From: Candidatus Heimdallarchaeota archaeon
Lineage (GTDB): Archaea > Asgardarchaeota > Heimdallarchaeia > Heimdallarchaeales > Heimdallarchaeaceae
Assembly: GCA_018238545.1 (NCBI GenBank)
Contig: JABCTC010000021.1
Span: forward strand, 9,385 to 33,384
Length of the DNA: 24,000 bases
Direction of reading: 5' to 3'
Part shown: piece after piece, positions 1 to 8,624 of the stretch
Layout: the number at the start of each line of letters is the position of its first letter
How positions within the stretch are numbered: position 1 is the stretch's first letter
Notes under the pieces: generated by a model
What the model was told of the DNA's origin: nothing
The model's database searches: none
Seen by the model: only the letters and a program-made list of their open reading frames with translations
Position numbers and translations under genes: made by a program

Positions 1-545
1 TAACGCACAGAGTAATGTTCCGTCCAACATTCAATATTCGCGGATTCAAATCCGGAGAGATTAGAGAGAATGCCAAAACCATTATCCCCAGTGAAGCAGT
101 TGTAGAGATAGATGTTAGAATGGTGCCTAACCAAACACCCAAAAAAATGGAAGCCTTGATTCTTGATCATCTAGATAAGTTAAAGGGTCAATCTGAAAGG
201 ATGGCTCAAGTTCTTGACAGATGTAAAATCAGTTTTGGAGCTAGTTTTCATCCTTTGTTTACTCCTTTAGAACTACCTTGGACAGAGATATTAGCAGAGG
301 CAATTAAGGAAGGATTTGAGCAGGAACTTGTAAAACTTCCACTTGCAGGAGGAAGTTTGCCTTTATATTCCTTGTATAAAGTTACTGAAAAACCTATTTA
401 CATAATTCCATACGCACAACCAGACGAAGCTAATCATGCACCAAATGAAAACATGATGGTGGAATGGTTTGAGAAAGGAGTAAAAACCAGTATCAAACTA
501 TTACAAAAGCTAGGTAACACAGATTTATCTAATTTATCTAGCTAA
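1..545 (+). CDS. M20-family metallopeptidase/deacylase (ArgE/DapE/ACY1-like), C-terminal part; 5' end lies upstream of the window
   Basis: The reading frame stays open to base 3 (THRV-MFRPTFNIRGFKSGE), so the listed Met is internal. 'PTFNIRGFKSG' resembles the M20 dimerisation/lid domain, and the C-terminal 'IIPYAQPDEANHAPNENM' resembles the M20 metal-binding end. Confidence 0.6.
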   Translation, partial: THRVMFRPTFNIRGFKSGEIRENAKTIIPSEAVVEIDVRMVPNQTPKKMEALILDHLDKLKGQSERMAQVLDRCKISFGASFHPLFTPLELPWTEILAEAIKEGFEQELVKLPLAGGSLPLYSLYKVTEKPIYIIPYAQPDEANHAPNENMMVEWFEKGVKTSIKLLQKLGNTDLSNLSS

Positions 546-1382
546 TATCTCAATTTTCTCTTGTTTTTTCTCTTCCAACTTTATTGTTAGGTCTGTTTCT
601 CTTTTAGCTGTGATTATTGTATCTGCTATCCCTGAAACAACTTTTCTTTTTAATCGTTTAGAGAATTTTGTCACCCATACAAGAGGAACGAAAAACCATG
701 GTTTAATTAAATCATCTTTAGGTTTACTCACAAGATTTGCAATGTGCTCAGCTAGTCCTTGAACATCATGCCCTTGGAAATCCGATTTTCCGTAACCTGC
801 TACCTTACCAAAGTTTGTATCATATGGTCCAGGATATACTGTTGAAATGTTTATCCCATATTCTTTTACTTCTTCCCTAATACAGTCGCTAAATGTTTTT
901 ACTGCTGCTTTAGTTGCACAATAAACTGCAAATGGATATGATGGTAAAAGAGCTAGTGTTGAGGATAGATTGATTATATGACCCTTTCCTTGGTCTTTCA
1001 TTATAGGTAATACTTCATGTGTTAGTTTAATTAATGCTAAGATATTTGTCTCTATCAACTCATCTATTTCCTCGTCTGGTTGATCAATGAACAAATTAGC
1101 TTTTCCTAATCCAGCATTGTTGATTAGTACATCAATTTGTCCGAACGCTTTCATTGTAAGATTTACTACTCTCTCACGATCTTCTCTGTTTCTAACATCA
1201 CCAATGATTGGTAGAACCTTTGCACCTTTCCTTTTTACAGCATGAGCTGTTTTCATCAGTTCTTTCTGTCTTCTAGCCACAATGACAATCTTTGGTTTAC
1301 TTTCTGCCAATTTTAGAGCAACTGCTTTTCCAATTCCAGAAGATGCTCCTGTGATTATAATAATTAGACTCTCGTCATTCAT
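534..1382 (-). CDS. Classical short-chain dehydrogenase/reductase (SDR) with a C-terminal extension
   Basis: Carries the cofactor motif TGASSGIG, NNAG, a catalytic Ser region (NLSST) and YCATK (YxxxK). Its 3' end overlaps the convergent peptidase gene by 12 nt. Confidence 0.85.
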   Translation of the reverse strand: MNDESLIIIITGASSGIGKAVALKLAESKPKIVIVARRQKELMKTAHAVKRKGAKVLPIIGDVRNREDRERVVNLTMKAFGQIDVLINNAGLGKANLFIDQPDEEIDELIETNILALIKLTHEVLPIMKDQGKGHIINLSSTLALLPSYPFAVYCATKAAVKTFSDCIREEVKEYGINISTVYPGPYDTNFGKVAGYGKSDFQGHDVQGLAEHIANLVSKPKDDLIKPWFFVPLVWVTKFSKRLKRKVVSGIADTIITAKRETDLTIKLEEKKQEKIEILAR

Positions 1383-1476
1383 AGAATCATTAGCTTACCC
1401 AAAATAGCATATAAAAGAGCCACAATTGTCCATTGTTTAATCTGCGGTTTTTAAGTATCTAATTCCCATGCCGAAA

Positions 1477-2340
1477 TTAAATCTGGATACATTCCTTTCC
1501 GTATCCCTCTACAATATCGATGATGTTCTTTCTTTGTTCTGATCTTGCTCCTTTCTTATCTATAAGCGCCCCTTTAGGTTCCTCGATGGTTTTCTCGAAA
1601 GCCTCCAGGATAATTTCTTCAGTTAAATTGTCTAAAGCATGTTTAGCAGCTATGTGGCTTATGTGTGTTTTTTCATCTAAAAAAACGTGCTTACGGAATC
1701 TGTAAGCATAGTGATTCCCTCCGAAACCAACGAAACTCTCACCCTGAAACGTACCCCTTTGTACAAATTGTTCAGCTGTTTCTATAATTGCTTGGCCTAC
1801 TGCTAAGGCTGCTTTCTTATGTGTCCAATACTCTTCACTGCTACCCAACTCCATGAAAATCAGAGGTGTTTTAAGTTCAGTTGGACCATGATGAGTAACT
1901 TCCATATCAACCTTGAATTCTTCTAAATCAAATTCTTCTTGTTTTGTGATTAGATTTTGTAAGCCCAATTTCAAAGCTGTTGCTGATGTATAAGAAAGCT
2001 CTTTCTCTCTACCTTCGAGTGTTATTTGGTTCCAATTACCCGTTGGATGAATTAGCAAAGCAGGTATTCTCGAAGCTGCTCTATGTCTACTGGCAAAAAT
2101 ATACAGTTCCGCTTCAATTTCTAAATCAAGGTGGTTACTTGCTACACCATCATTCTTTGAATGAATAATTTTGATATCATTTGGATATTTGTTATGCTGG
2201 AAAACTGTGTTATCATCGAACAGCTGATCTGTTTCTTTGAAATATGATAAATTGTGAAGCTCTTTCCAAATTGTATTGGCAGCTAAGTCTGGTTTAGGTA
2301 TGATAACTGCTACTTTTGTTTTTATGGACAAATCAAGCAC
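1477..2340 (-). CDS. dtdA: D-aminoacyl-tRNA deacylase, archaeal DTD2 type
   Basis: Matches DTD2/PF04414 blocks: 'FASRHRAASRIPALLIHPTGNW', 'EVTHHGPTEL', 'FMELGSSEEYW', 'GFGGNHYA' and a C-terminal 'IDKKGARSEQRK'. The 287-aa length is typical of the family. Confidence 0.8.
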   Translation of the reverse strand: MLDLSIKTKVAVIIPKPDLAANTIWKELHNLSYFKETDQLFDDNTVFQHNKYPNDIKIIHSKNDGVASNHLDLEIEAELYIFASRHRAASRIPALLIHPTGNWNQITLEGREKELSYTSATALKLGLQNLITKQEEFDLEEFKVDMEVTHHGPTELKTPLIFMELGSSEEYWTHKKAALAVGQAIIETAEQFVQRGTFQGESFVGFGGNHYAYRFRKHVFLDEKTHISHIAAKHALDNLTEEIILEAFEKTIEEPKGALIDKKGARSEQRKNIIDIVEGYGKECIQI

Positions 2341-2390
2341 ATCAGTTAGTTATGAGGATACAGAAAAAACCCGTCTAATAAGTTTAAGGA

Positions 2391-3428
2391 TTAATCTATA
2401 TATTCTACTTCAAAATGGTCTTCATTAATTTTCACTACATTTTTCAATTCATCTAACTTAAGCTCCAATTCTTGTTTAGTGACTACTGGAAACCCATAAT
2501 GAATGTTTGTATATTTTATCTCTTCCTGATTTTCAGCTTTTTTCTTGATATAATCAATATGCTGTTGAATTCTTTGCGCATTATATTCATTAGCATAATC
2601 TATTATCTCATCTATTCCTTCTTGAATAACTTCTCGAAAATTTTCCTCTATCTCTACACCTATACTGTTTCTTGTAGAAGCCATAGCAGCTAGTACTGTG
2701 GTCCCTGTTCCTAAATAAGGATCTAGTACTGTATCACCTTTAAGAGAAAACATATTAATTAAACGATAAGCAAGATCAAAAGGAAAAGCTGCACTTCTAT
2801 CTCTTACTTTATTATTTTTTAAAGATTGGTGAACTCCCCTAAGATCCCATATATCTGAAAACCATAAATTCCTCTCTTCCCAAAAATAGGAACTTCGAAA
2901 ACGTTCTTTTTTTTCTTCATTAGTTTTAAACTCCCTTTTACCTCCTTTTCTGAAAACTAAAATGAATTCATGTTCCAATGTAATGTAACCACTTGGAGGT
3001 AACATGCCGGAGCCCATAAATTTGTTAGGTGCATTGGTTTGTTTATTCCAAACAATATGTGGTAAGCAACTAAATCCAATTTCACAGCAATGAAAAATAA
3101 TTCTTGAGTGTGAAGGAAATAAACTAAAATCGCCACCTATGCTCCTAGTAGCATCACCAATGTTAATGCAAGCAATACCACCAGGTTTCAGAACACGGTA
3201 AACTTCACTCCACACTTTATCTAATTCTTGGTGCATTAATTCGAAAGATTCTTTTCCTTTTTGGTTTTCTAAAACTACTTTGATCTTGGGATTGTACAAA
3301 GAAAAATTATCATCCCACATCTTGACCATAGGATATAAAGGACTCGTTATCACAAAATGAATAGATTCATTTTCTAGATTATACATGTTTTGTGAATTTT
3401 GGAAGTAAATCCTATGAGTTGTCTTCAT
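2391..3428 (-). CDS. Beta-class N4-cytosine/N6-adenine DNA methyltransferase (PF01555-like), apparently orphan
   Basis: The catalytic motif IV region 'FVITSPLYP' is N-terminal. The AdoMet motif I 'DPYLGTGTTVLAAMASTRNSIGVEIE' is C-terminal, which is the beta-class order. 'LKPGGIACINIGD' lies between them. No restriction-endonuclease-like neighbour is present. Confidence 0.8.
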   Translation of the reverse strand: MKTTHRIYFQNSQNMYNLENESIHFVITSPLYPMVKMWDDNFSLYNPKIKVVLENQKGKESFELMHQELDKVWSEVYRVLKPGGIACINIGDATRSIGGDFSLFPSHSRIIFHCCEIGFSCLPHIVWNKQTNAPNKFMGSGMLPPSGYITLEHEFILVFRKGGKREFKTNEEKKERFRSSYFWEERNLWFSDIWDLRGVHQSLKNNKVRDRSAAFPFDLAYRLINMFSLKGDTVLDPYLGTGTTVLAAMASTRNSIGVEIEENFREVIQEGIDEIIDYANEYNAQRIQQHIDYIKKKAENQEEIKYTNIHYGFPVVTKQELELKLDELKNVVKINEDHFEVEYID

Positions 3429-3564
3429 TTAATAAACATTTTATTAGCTAGTCTTAAAGTTATTTGCCCTTATGGACATGAAAATTGAAAAATGGTTGTC
3501 TTTTATCTAAAAAACCTTTAAAGTTATCAGAAAGATTAAGTATTACTTATGTTTCACCTCTTTA

Positions 3565-4053
3565 ATGACTTCAACAGAACCACACAGATTATGGGATATC
3601 TTAAAAAGATACGACTCAAATCCTGATGCATTGATCCAGATTTTAAATGAAATTCAAAAAGATGAAGGATATTTACCCCATATAACTCTTAAGCTGTTAT
3701 CATCTGAATTAGACGTTCCTCTTAGCAAAATTTATGGTGTTTTAACTTTTTACGAGCATTTTAAACTTGTTAAACCTGGTAAAATTATTATTACAATTTG
3801 TATGGGCACTGCTTGTTTTGTAAAGGGATCACCAGCTCTCAATACTACTGTGAAGAATATGTTAGGCATCGAATCTGGGGAAACAACCTCAGATCAGTTA
3901 TTTACATTTGAAAGAGTTGCATGCTTAGGGTGTTGTGCTTTAGCACCAGTAGTTCAAATTAATGGTGAAATTCATGGTCAAATGACACCAAACAAACTTC
4001 AAAAGCTTTTAACAAAAATACGTAAGGAAGAAGAAAAAGGAGAGGAAAAATAA
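3565..4053 (+). CDS. NuoE/HoxE/HydC-like [2Fe-2S] thioredoxin-fold subunit of the NAD(P)-linked formate dehydrogenase module
   Basis: Shows a four-Cys pattern, 'CMGTAC' (Cx4C) followed by 'CLGCC', and 'APVVQINGEIHG', all typical of NuoE-family proteins. The stop TAA is followed immediately by the ATG of the next gene. Confidence 0.85.
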   Translation: MTSTEPHRLWDILKRYDSNPDALIQILNEIQKDEGYLPHITLKLLSSELDVPLSKIYGVLTFYEHFKLVKPGKIIITICMGTACFVKGSPALNTTVKNMLGIESGETTSDQLFTFERVACLGCCALAPVVQINGEIHGQMTPNKLQKLLTKIRKEEEKGEEK

Positions 4054-5880
4054 ATGACCAATGGAAACCCTAAGAAGAAGAAGAACCATGAAAGAAGAAT
4101 CTTAATTTGTCAAGGAACAGGATGTATTTCTTCAAAATCCAATGAAATTAGAAAGAAATTTGAAACAGAGATAGTTAAAGCAGGTATTCATGAAAAAGTA
4201 GAAGTAACTTTCACAGGTTGTCATGGTTTCTGTGCTCAAGGCCCCTTAGTTTTTATTAAACCTGAGGAAACACTATATTGTAAAGTAAAGGTTGAAGATG
4301 TTGAAAAAATAGTCGAATCTCATATTAAGAAAAATGAACCAGTAGAAGATTTATTCTATGAAGACCCTAAAACTGGAAAGAAAATAGAAAAACACAATGA
4401 GATTGATTTCTATGCAAAACAAAAAAGAATGATTTTAGAAAATTGTGGTCACATAAATCCAGAAGATATTAATGAATATTTACACATTGGAGGATATTCT
4501 GGTCTGAAGAAAGCTTTTTCTATGAAACCTGAAGAAGTAATCGAAGCAATCAAGGAATCTGGATTGCGAGGTAGAGGAGGAGCAGGATTTCCAACAGGTT
4601 TGAAATGGGGATTCTGCCGAAATGCTCCAGGGAAGGAAAAATATGTGATTTGTAATGCTGATGAAGGCGATCCTGGTGCGTTTATGGATCGAAGTATTCT
4701 AGAAGCAGATCCACATAGTGTATTAGAAGGTATGATAATAGGTGGCTATGCTATTGGGGCGTCAAATGGGATAATATATGTAAGGTCAGAATACCCCTTA
4801 GCTGTTCATAGATTTCGTAAAACTGTTGAAGATGCAAAAGAATTAAACTTTTTAGGAAAGAATGTTTTAGATAGCGGATTTGATTTTGATGTAATGATTC
4901 AAGAAGGAGCTGGTGCATTCGTTTGTGGAGAAGAAACAGCACTGATGGCATCAATCGAAGGAGAGAGAGGAATACCAAAACCTAGACCTCCTTTTCCTGC
5001 TACTTCCGGATTATGGGGGAAACCAACAAATATTAACAATGTGAAATCTTGGGCAGCTGCTGCTTGGATTTTTAAGAATGGTGTTGAAGAATTTAAAAAA
5101 GTAGGTGTAAAAACATCAACAGGAACAGCTGTTTTTTCTCTGACTGGAAAGGTAAAAAACTCTGGCTTGATAGAGGTTCCAATGGGAACAACCTTACGTG
5201 AGATTATTTTTGGTATAGGAGGAGGAATTCTGGACGATAAAAAATTCAAAGCTGTTCAAACAGGTGGTCCATCTGGAGGTTGCCTTCCAGCTTCAAAATT
5301 GGACTTAGGTGTGGATTTTGAAACATTACAAGCTGAAGGATCAATAATGGGGTCTGGAGGAATGGTTGTAGCTGACGAAAATACGTGTATGGTCGACTTA
5401 GCTCGGTATTTTCTTGCTTTTACACAAAAAGAATCATGTGGAAAATGTACTCCTTGTCGTGAAGGAACACTCCGAGCATTGGAAATACTTGAAAGAATAA
5501 CTAGAGGTGAAGCTGATTTATCAGATTTGGACGATCTTGAGGAATTATGCCATGTTATAAAGGACACTTCTCTTTGCGCTCTTGGTCAAACTGCTCCAAA
5601 TCCAATTTTGTCAACCCTTAAACATTTTAGACATGAATATGAGGAACACATCACTGATTTGAGATGTAGTGCTCGGGTCTGTACAGAACTTTATACGTTT
5701 GTAATAGATGAAGAAAAGTGTATTAAATGTGGTCTTTGTGCCAGAATTTGCCCTGTTGAAGCCATAATGGGGAGTAAAGAAACTTCTTTCAGAATTGATT
5801 GTCGTTTATGTACGCATTGTCAAATGTGTTACAATAGGTGTCCTAAAGATGCCATTGAGAAGGTGAGTGGAAAATGTTAG
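4054..5880 (+). CDS. NuoF/HydB-like FMN- and NAD(P)H-binding iron-sulfur subunit with extra N-terminal [2Fe-2S] and C-terminal 2x[4Fe-4S] domains
   Basis: The N-terminal part has 'CQGTGC...CHGFCAQGP'. FMN/NAD motifs are 'GLRGRGGAGFPTGLKW' and 'ICNADEGDPGAFMDR'. The N3-type cluster reads 'ESCGKCTPCREG...LCALGQTAPNP'. The C-terminal ferredoxin motifs are 'CIKCGLCARICP' and 'CTHCQMCYNRCP'. Confidence 0.9.
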   Translation: MTNGNPKKKKNHERRILICQGTGCISSKSNEIRKKFETEIVKAGIHEKVEVTFTGCHGFCAQGPLVFIKPEETLYCKVKVEDVEKIVESHIKKNEPVEDLFYEDPKTGKKIEKHNEIDFYAKQKRMILENCGHINPEDINEYLHIGGYSGLKKAFSMKPEEVIEAIKESGLRGRGGAGFPTGLKWGFCRNAPGKEKYVICNADEGDPGAFMDRSILEADPHSVLEGMIIGGYAIGASNGIIYVRSEYPLAVHRFRKTVEDAKELNFLGKNVLDSGFDFDVMIQEGAGAFVCGEETALMASIEGERGIPKPRPPFPATSGLWGKPTNINNVKSWAAAAWIFKNGVEEFKKVGVKTSTGTAVFSLTGKVKNSGLIEVPMGTTLREIIFGIGGGILDDKKFKAVQTGGPSGGCLPASKLDLGVDFETLQAEGSIMGSGGMVVADENTCMVDLARYFLAFTQKESCGKCTPCREGTLRALEILERITRGEADLSDLDDLEELCHVIKDTSLCALGQTAPNPILSTLKHFRHEYEEHITDLRCSARVCTELYTFVIDEEKCIKCGLCARICPVEAIMGSKETSFRIDCRLCTHCQMCYNRCPKDAIEKVSGKC

Positions 5881-8585
5881 AAGAAGAAATTACTATTACT
5901 GTTGATGGTAAGGAACTCAAATGCTTACCAACTGATACGTACTATGAAGCCATTTCTAAGCACAATATTGAAATCCCAACTTTATGTCACAACCCAGAAC
6001 TTAAACCAACGGGAGCATGCAGAATTTGCGTAATAGAAATTGAGAACTCACGTACCCTTATGCCAGCTTGCAGTACTCCTATAAAAGCCAATTCAGTTGT
6101 TTATACTCAAAGTGAACGAGTTAGAGAAGCTAGAAGAATTTTGGTAGAATTGCTACTAACATCACATCCTCTTAACTGTGTCATATGCGATAAAGCAGGT
6201 TCGTGCGAATTACAAAAATTGGCATATGAATATGTTCCAGAAGAAAGACTCGGAAGATATATAGGAACAAAACCTAAAACTGATCTTCAGGAAAAAAATG
6301 AATTTTTTGAATTAAATTATTCTGCTTGCATTCGATGTGGGTTGTGTGTTCGTGTTGCAGACGAAATACAAGTTTGTGGAGTTCTTTCGATGACACATAG
6401 AGGATTTGAAACGTTTCCAAGTCCTGGTTTTGGAAGAACTTTTGAAGAGGCAGGATGCGTTGCTTGTGGTAACTGTGTTAGTGTTTGTCCTGTTGGAGCT
6501 TTGGTATCTAACAGTGTTAAAGGAGCAGGAAGAGCCTATGAATTGGAAAAGACTACCACTACTTGTGTTTATTGTGGTGTTGGGTGTCAACTTGACTTAT
6601 TTACTAATCCAATATCTAAAAAAATAGTTAAAGTGGATTCCACTGAAGGTAATGTTGTTAATGGTTTAGCTTTATGTGTAAAGGGCAGATACGGTTGGGA
6701 TTTTGTAAATCACCCAGAAAGAATTAACCACCCATTAATGAAGAAGAACGGAGAATTTGTTCAAGTTACATGGGATGAAGCTTTTGATTTCATTGAACAA
6801 AAATTAAAACAGATTAAAGAGGAAATGGGTCCTGATTCTCTTGCTTTTCTGACATCAGCTAAATGTACAAATGAAGAAAACTATCTTATGCAAAAGCTGG
6901 CTAGAGCCGCAATAGGTACCAACAATATCGACCACTGTGCTAGATTGTGTCATGCTTCGACAGTTACTGGTCTCGCAAGAGCTTTCGGATCTGGTGCAAT
7001 GACAAATAGCATCAATGATTTAACAAAAAATGCTGAAGTTATACTTATAATAGGAAGTAATACAACTGAAGCGCATCCTGTAATTGGTGTGAAAATAAAA
7101 CAAGCTGTTCAAGAAGGAAAAACTAAACTCATAGTCGCCGATCCTAGAATTATAGAACTAGCGGACTACTCTGAAATTCACCTACAACAACGTCCAGGAT
7201 CAGATGTTGCTTTAATTAATGCAATGATGAAGGTAATTATTGAAGAAGGTTTGTTTGATGAGAAATTCATACAGGAAAGAACAGAAGGTTATAATGAACT
7301 AAAAGAAAAACTAGAAAAAGTCTCCCTTGAAGTACTATGTAAAATAGCTAACATCAATCAAATGGATTTGAGACAAGCTGCCATTCTATTTGGTAAAGCT
7401 AAGACTGCTGCGATTGTATACTCAATGGGAATAACACAACATACAACCGGTACAGATAATGTACTGAGTTTAGCAAACTTAGCTATGATTACAGGAAATG
7501 TTGGCCGTCCTGGTACAGGTGTTAACCCGCTTAGAGGGCAAAATAACGTTCAAGGAGCATGTGATGTTGGAGGGTTGCCAGATGTCTATCCTGGTTATCA
7601 GAAAGTATCAGATAAGGAAAACAAAATTAAATTCCAAAAAGCTTGGGGTGTTTCCAATTTAAGCGACAAACCTGGTCTTACTGTAGTTGAAATAATGAAT
7701 GAAGTTTATGAAGGAAATATACGTGGTGTCTACATAATGGGAGAAAATCCTGCTTTGAGCAACCCCAATATTAATCATGTACGTTCAGCTCTTGAGAAAC
7801 TTGAATTCCTTGTAGTTCAAGATCTTTTCATAACTGAAACTGCTAAATATGCGGATGTTATTTTACCAGGAAAATCCTTTGCAGAAAAAGAAGGAACATA
7901 TACAAACACAGAAAGGCGTATTCAAAGAGTAAGAAAAGCAATAGATTCAGAAGGAGAAAGAATTGCTGATTGGAAAATTCTTCAAGAGATGTTAAACCGT
8001 TTTGGAATAGAAAACAGATATGATTCACCAGAACAGATTATGGACGAAATAGCTGATGTTACACCAATTTATTCAGGAATAAGTTTTGATAGAATTGATA
8101 AAGTAGGTTTACAATGGCCTTGTAAAGGTAAAAACCACCCGGGCACAAAAATTCTTCATGAAAAAACATTCTCCAGAGGTAAAGGCAAGTTTCATGCAAT
8201 CTCATATATTGAACCTGCAGAATTACCAGACAAGGATTATCCAATAATTCTAACAACAGGAAGAATACTCTATCACTTCCATACCGGTGAAATGACTCGA
8301 AGAGTTAAGGGGATTCACAAGAGAAGACCCATAGAAAGAAGCGAGATTAATACTAAAGATGCTGAACGTCTAAATATTAAAAATGGAGATAAAATCACTA
8401 TCGAATCTAGAAGAGGAAAAATAGAAACAATTGCTAAAGTAACAGATAGAATTCAAGAAGGAGTTGTTTTCATGTCATTCCATTATAAAGAGTCTGCTGC
8501 TAATTTGCTAACAAATGATGCTTTGGATCCACTTGCTAAAATCCCCGAATTCAAAGTCTGTGCAATTAAGGTTGGTAAAGTATAG
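5874..8585 (+). CDS. fdhA: Formate dehydrogenase catalytic subunit (Mo/W-bisPGD), fused to a NuoG-like N-terminal Fe-S domain; Cys-type, not selenocysteine
   Basis: The N-terminal 2Fe-2S region reads 'CHNPELKPTGACRICVIEI...PAC'. It is followed by the His-ligated cluster 'HPLNCVICDKAGSCELQ', then 'CIRCGLCVRV' and 'CVACGNCVSVCP'. The MopB cluster is 'CVYCGVGCQLD...LCVKGR'. The active-site block 'IDHCARLCHASTVTG' aligns to E. coli FdhF 'CARVUHGPSV'. A C-terminal molybdopterin-binding beta-barrel is present ('ITIESRRGKIE...VFMSFHY'). The start overlaps the upstream stop (ATGTTAG). Confidence 0.9.
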   Translation: MLEEEITITVDGKELKCLPTDTYYEAISKHNIEIPTLCHNPELKPTGACRICVIEIENSRTLMPACSTPIKANSVVYTQSERVREARRILVELLLTSHPLNCVICDKAGSCELQKLAYEYVPEERLGRYIGTKPKTDLQEKNEFFELNYSACIRCGLCVRVADEIQVCGVLSMTHRGFETFPSPGFGRTFEEAGCVACGNCVSVCPVGALVSNSVKGAGRAYELEKTTTTCVYCGVGCQLDLFTNPISKKIVKVDSTEGNVVNGLALCVKGRYGWDFVNHPERINHPLMKKNGEFVQVTWDEAFDFIEQKLKQIKEEMGPDSLAFLTSAKCTNEENYLMQKLARAAIGTNNIDHCARLCHASTVTGLARAFGSGAMTNSINDLTKNAEVILIIGSNTTEAHPVIGVKIKQAVQEGKTKLIVADPRIIELADYSEIHLQQRPGSDVALINAMMKVIIEEGLFDEKFIQERTEGYNELKEKLEKVSLEVLCKIANINQMDLRQAAILFGKAKTAAIVYSMGITQHTTGTDNVLSLANLAMITGNVGRPGTGVNPLRGQNNVQGACDVGGLPDVYPGYQKVSDKENKIKFQKAWGVSNLSDKPGLTVVEIMNEVYEGNIRGVYIMGENPALSNPNINHVRSALEKLEFLVVQDLFITETAKYADVILPGKSFAEKEGTYTNTERRIQRVRKAIDSEGERIADWKILQEMLNRFGIENRYDSPEQIMDEIADVTPIYSGISFDRIDKVGLQWPCKGKNHPGTKILHEKTFSRGKGKFHAISYIEPAELPDKDYPIILTTGRILYHFHTGEMTRRVKGIHKRRPIERSEINTKDAERLNIKNGDKITIESRRGKIETIAKVTDRIQEGVVFMSFHYKESAANLLTNDALDPLAKIPEFKVCAIKVGKV

Positions 8586-8607
8586 TTTCAAAACGAGGGA
8601 GAAACTT

Positions 8608-8618
8608 ATTCTTTTTTC
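8608..8618 (+). terminator. Oligo-T tract downstream of fdhA (candidate archaeal terminator)
   Basis: A T6 run at 8612-8617 lies about 27 nt after the fdhA stop, in the 39-bp gap between convergent genes. Confidence 0.3.
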
Positions 8619-8624
8619 AGTGAC

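Noticed and set aside
1477-3428. A restriction-modification or defence island around the DNA methyltransferase
   Set aside because: The only neighbours are a housekeeping DTD2 deacylase and the FDH operon. There is no endonuclease, specificity subunit, helicase or ATPase gene, so I report it only as an orphan methylase.
4751-8256. Several 65-116-aa ORFs antisense or out of frame within the nuoF-like and fdhA genes (4751-4978, 4899-5249, 5256-5567, 6312-6590, 6406-6627, 8059-8256)
   Set aside because: They are fully nested in genes whose translated products carry dense, canonical Fe-S, FMN and molybdopterin motifs. The nested ORFs have no motifs and skewed composition.
5874-8585. Possible selenocysteine recoding (in-frame TGA plus SECIS) in the formate dehydrogenase
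   Set aside because: The ORF is uninterrupted, and the Sec-equivalent position is a TGT cysteine codon at 6948-6950.
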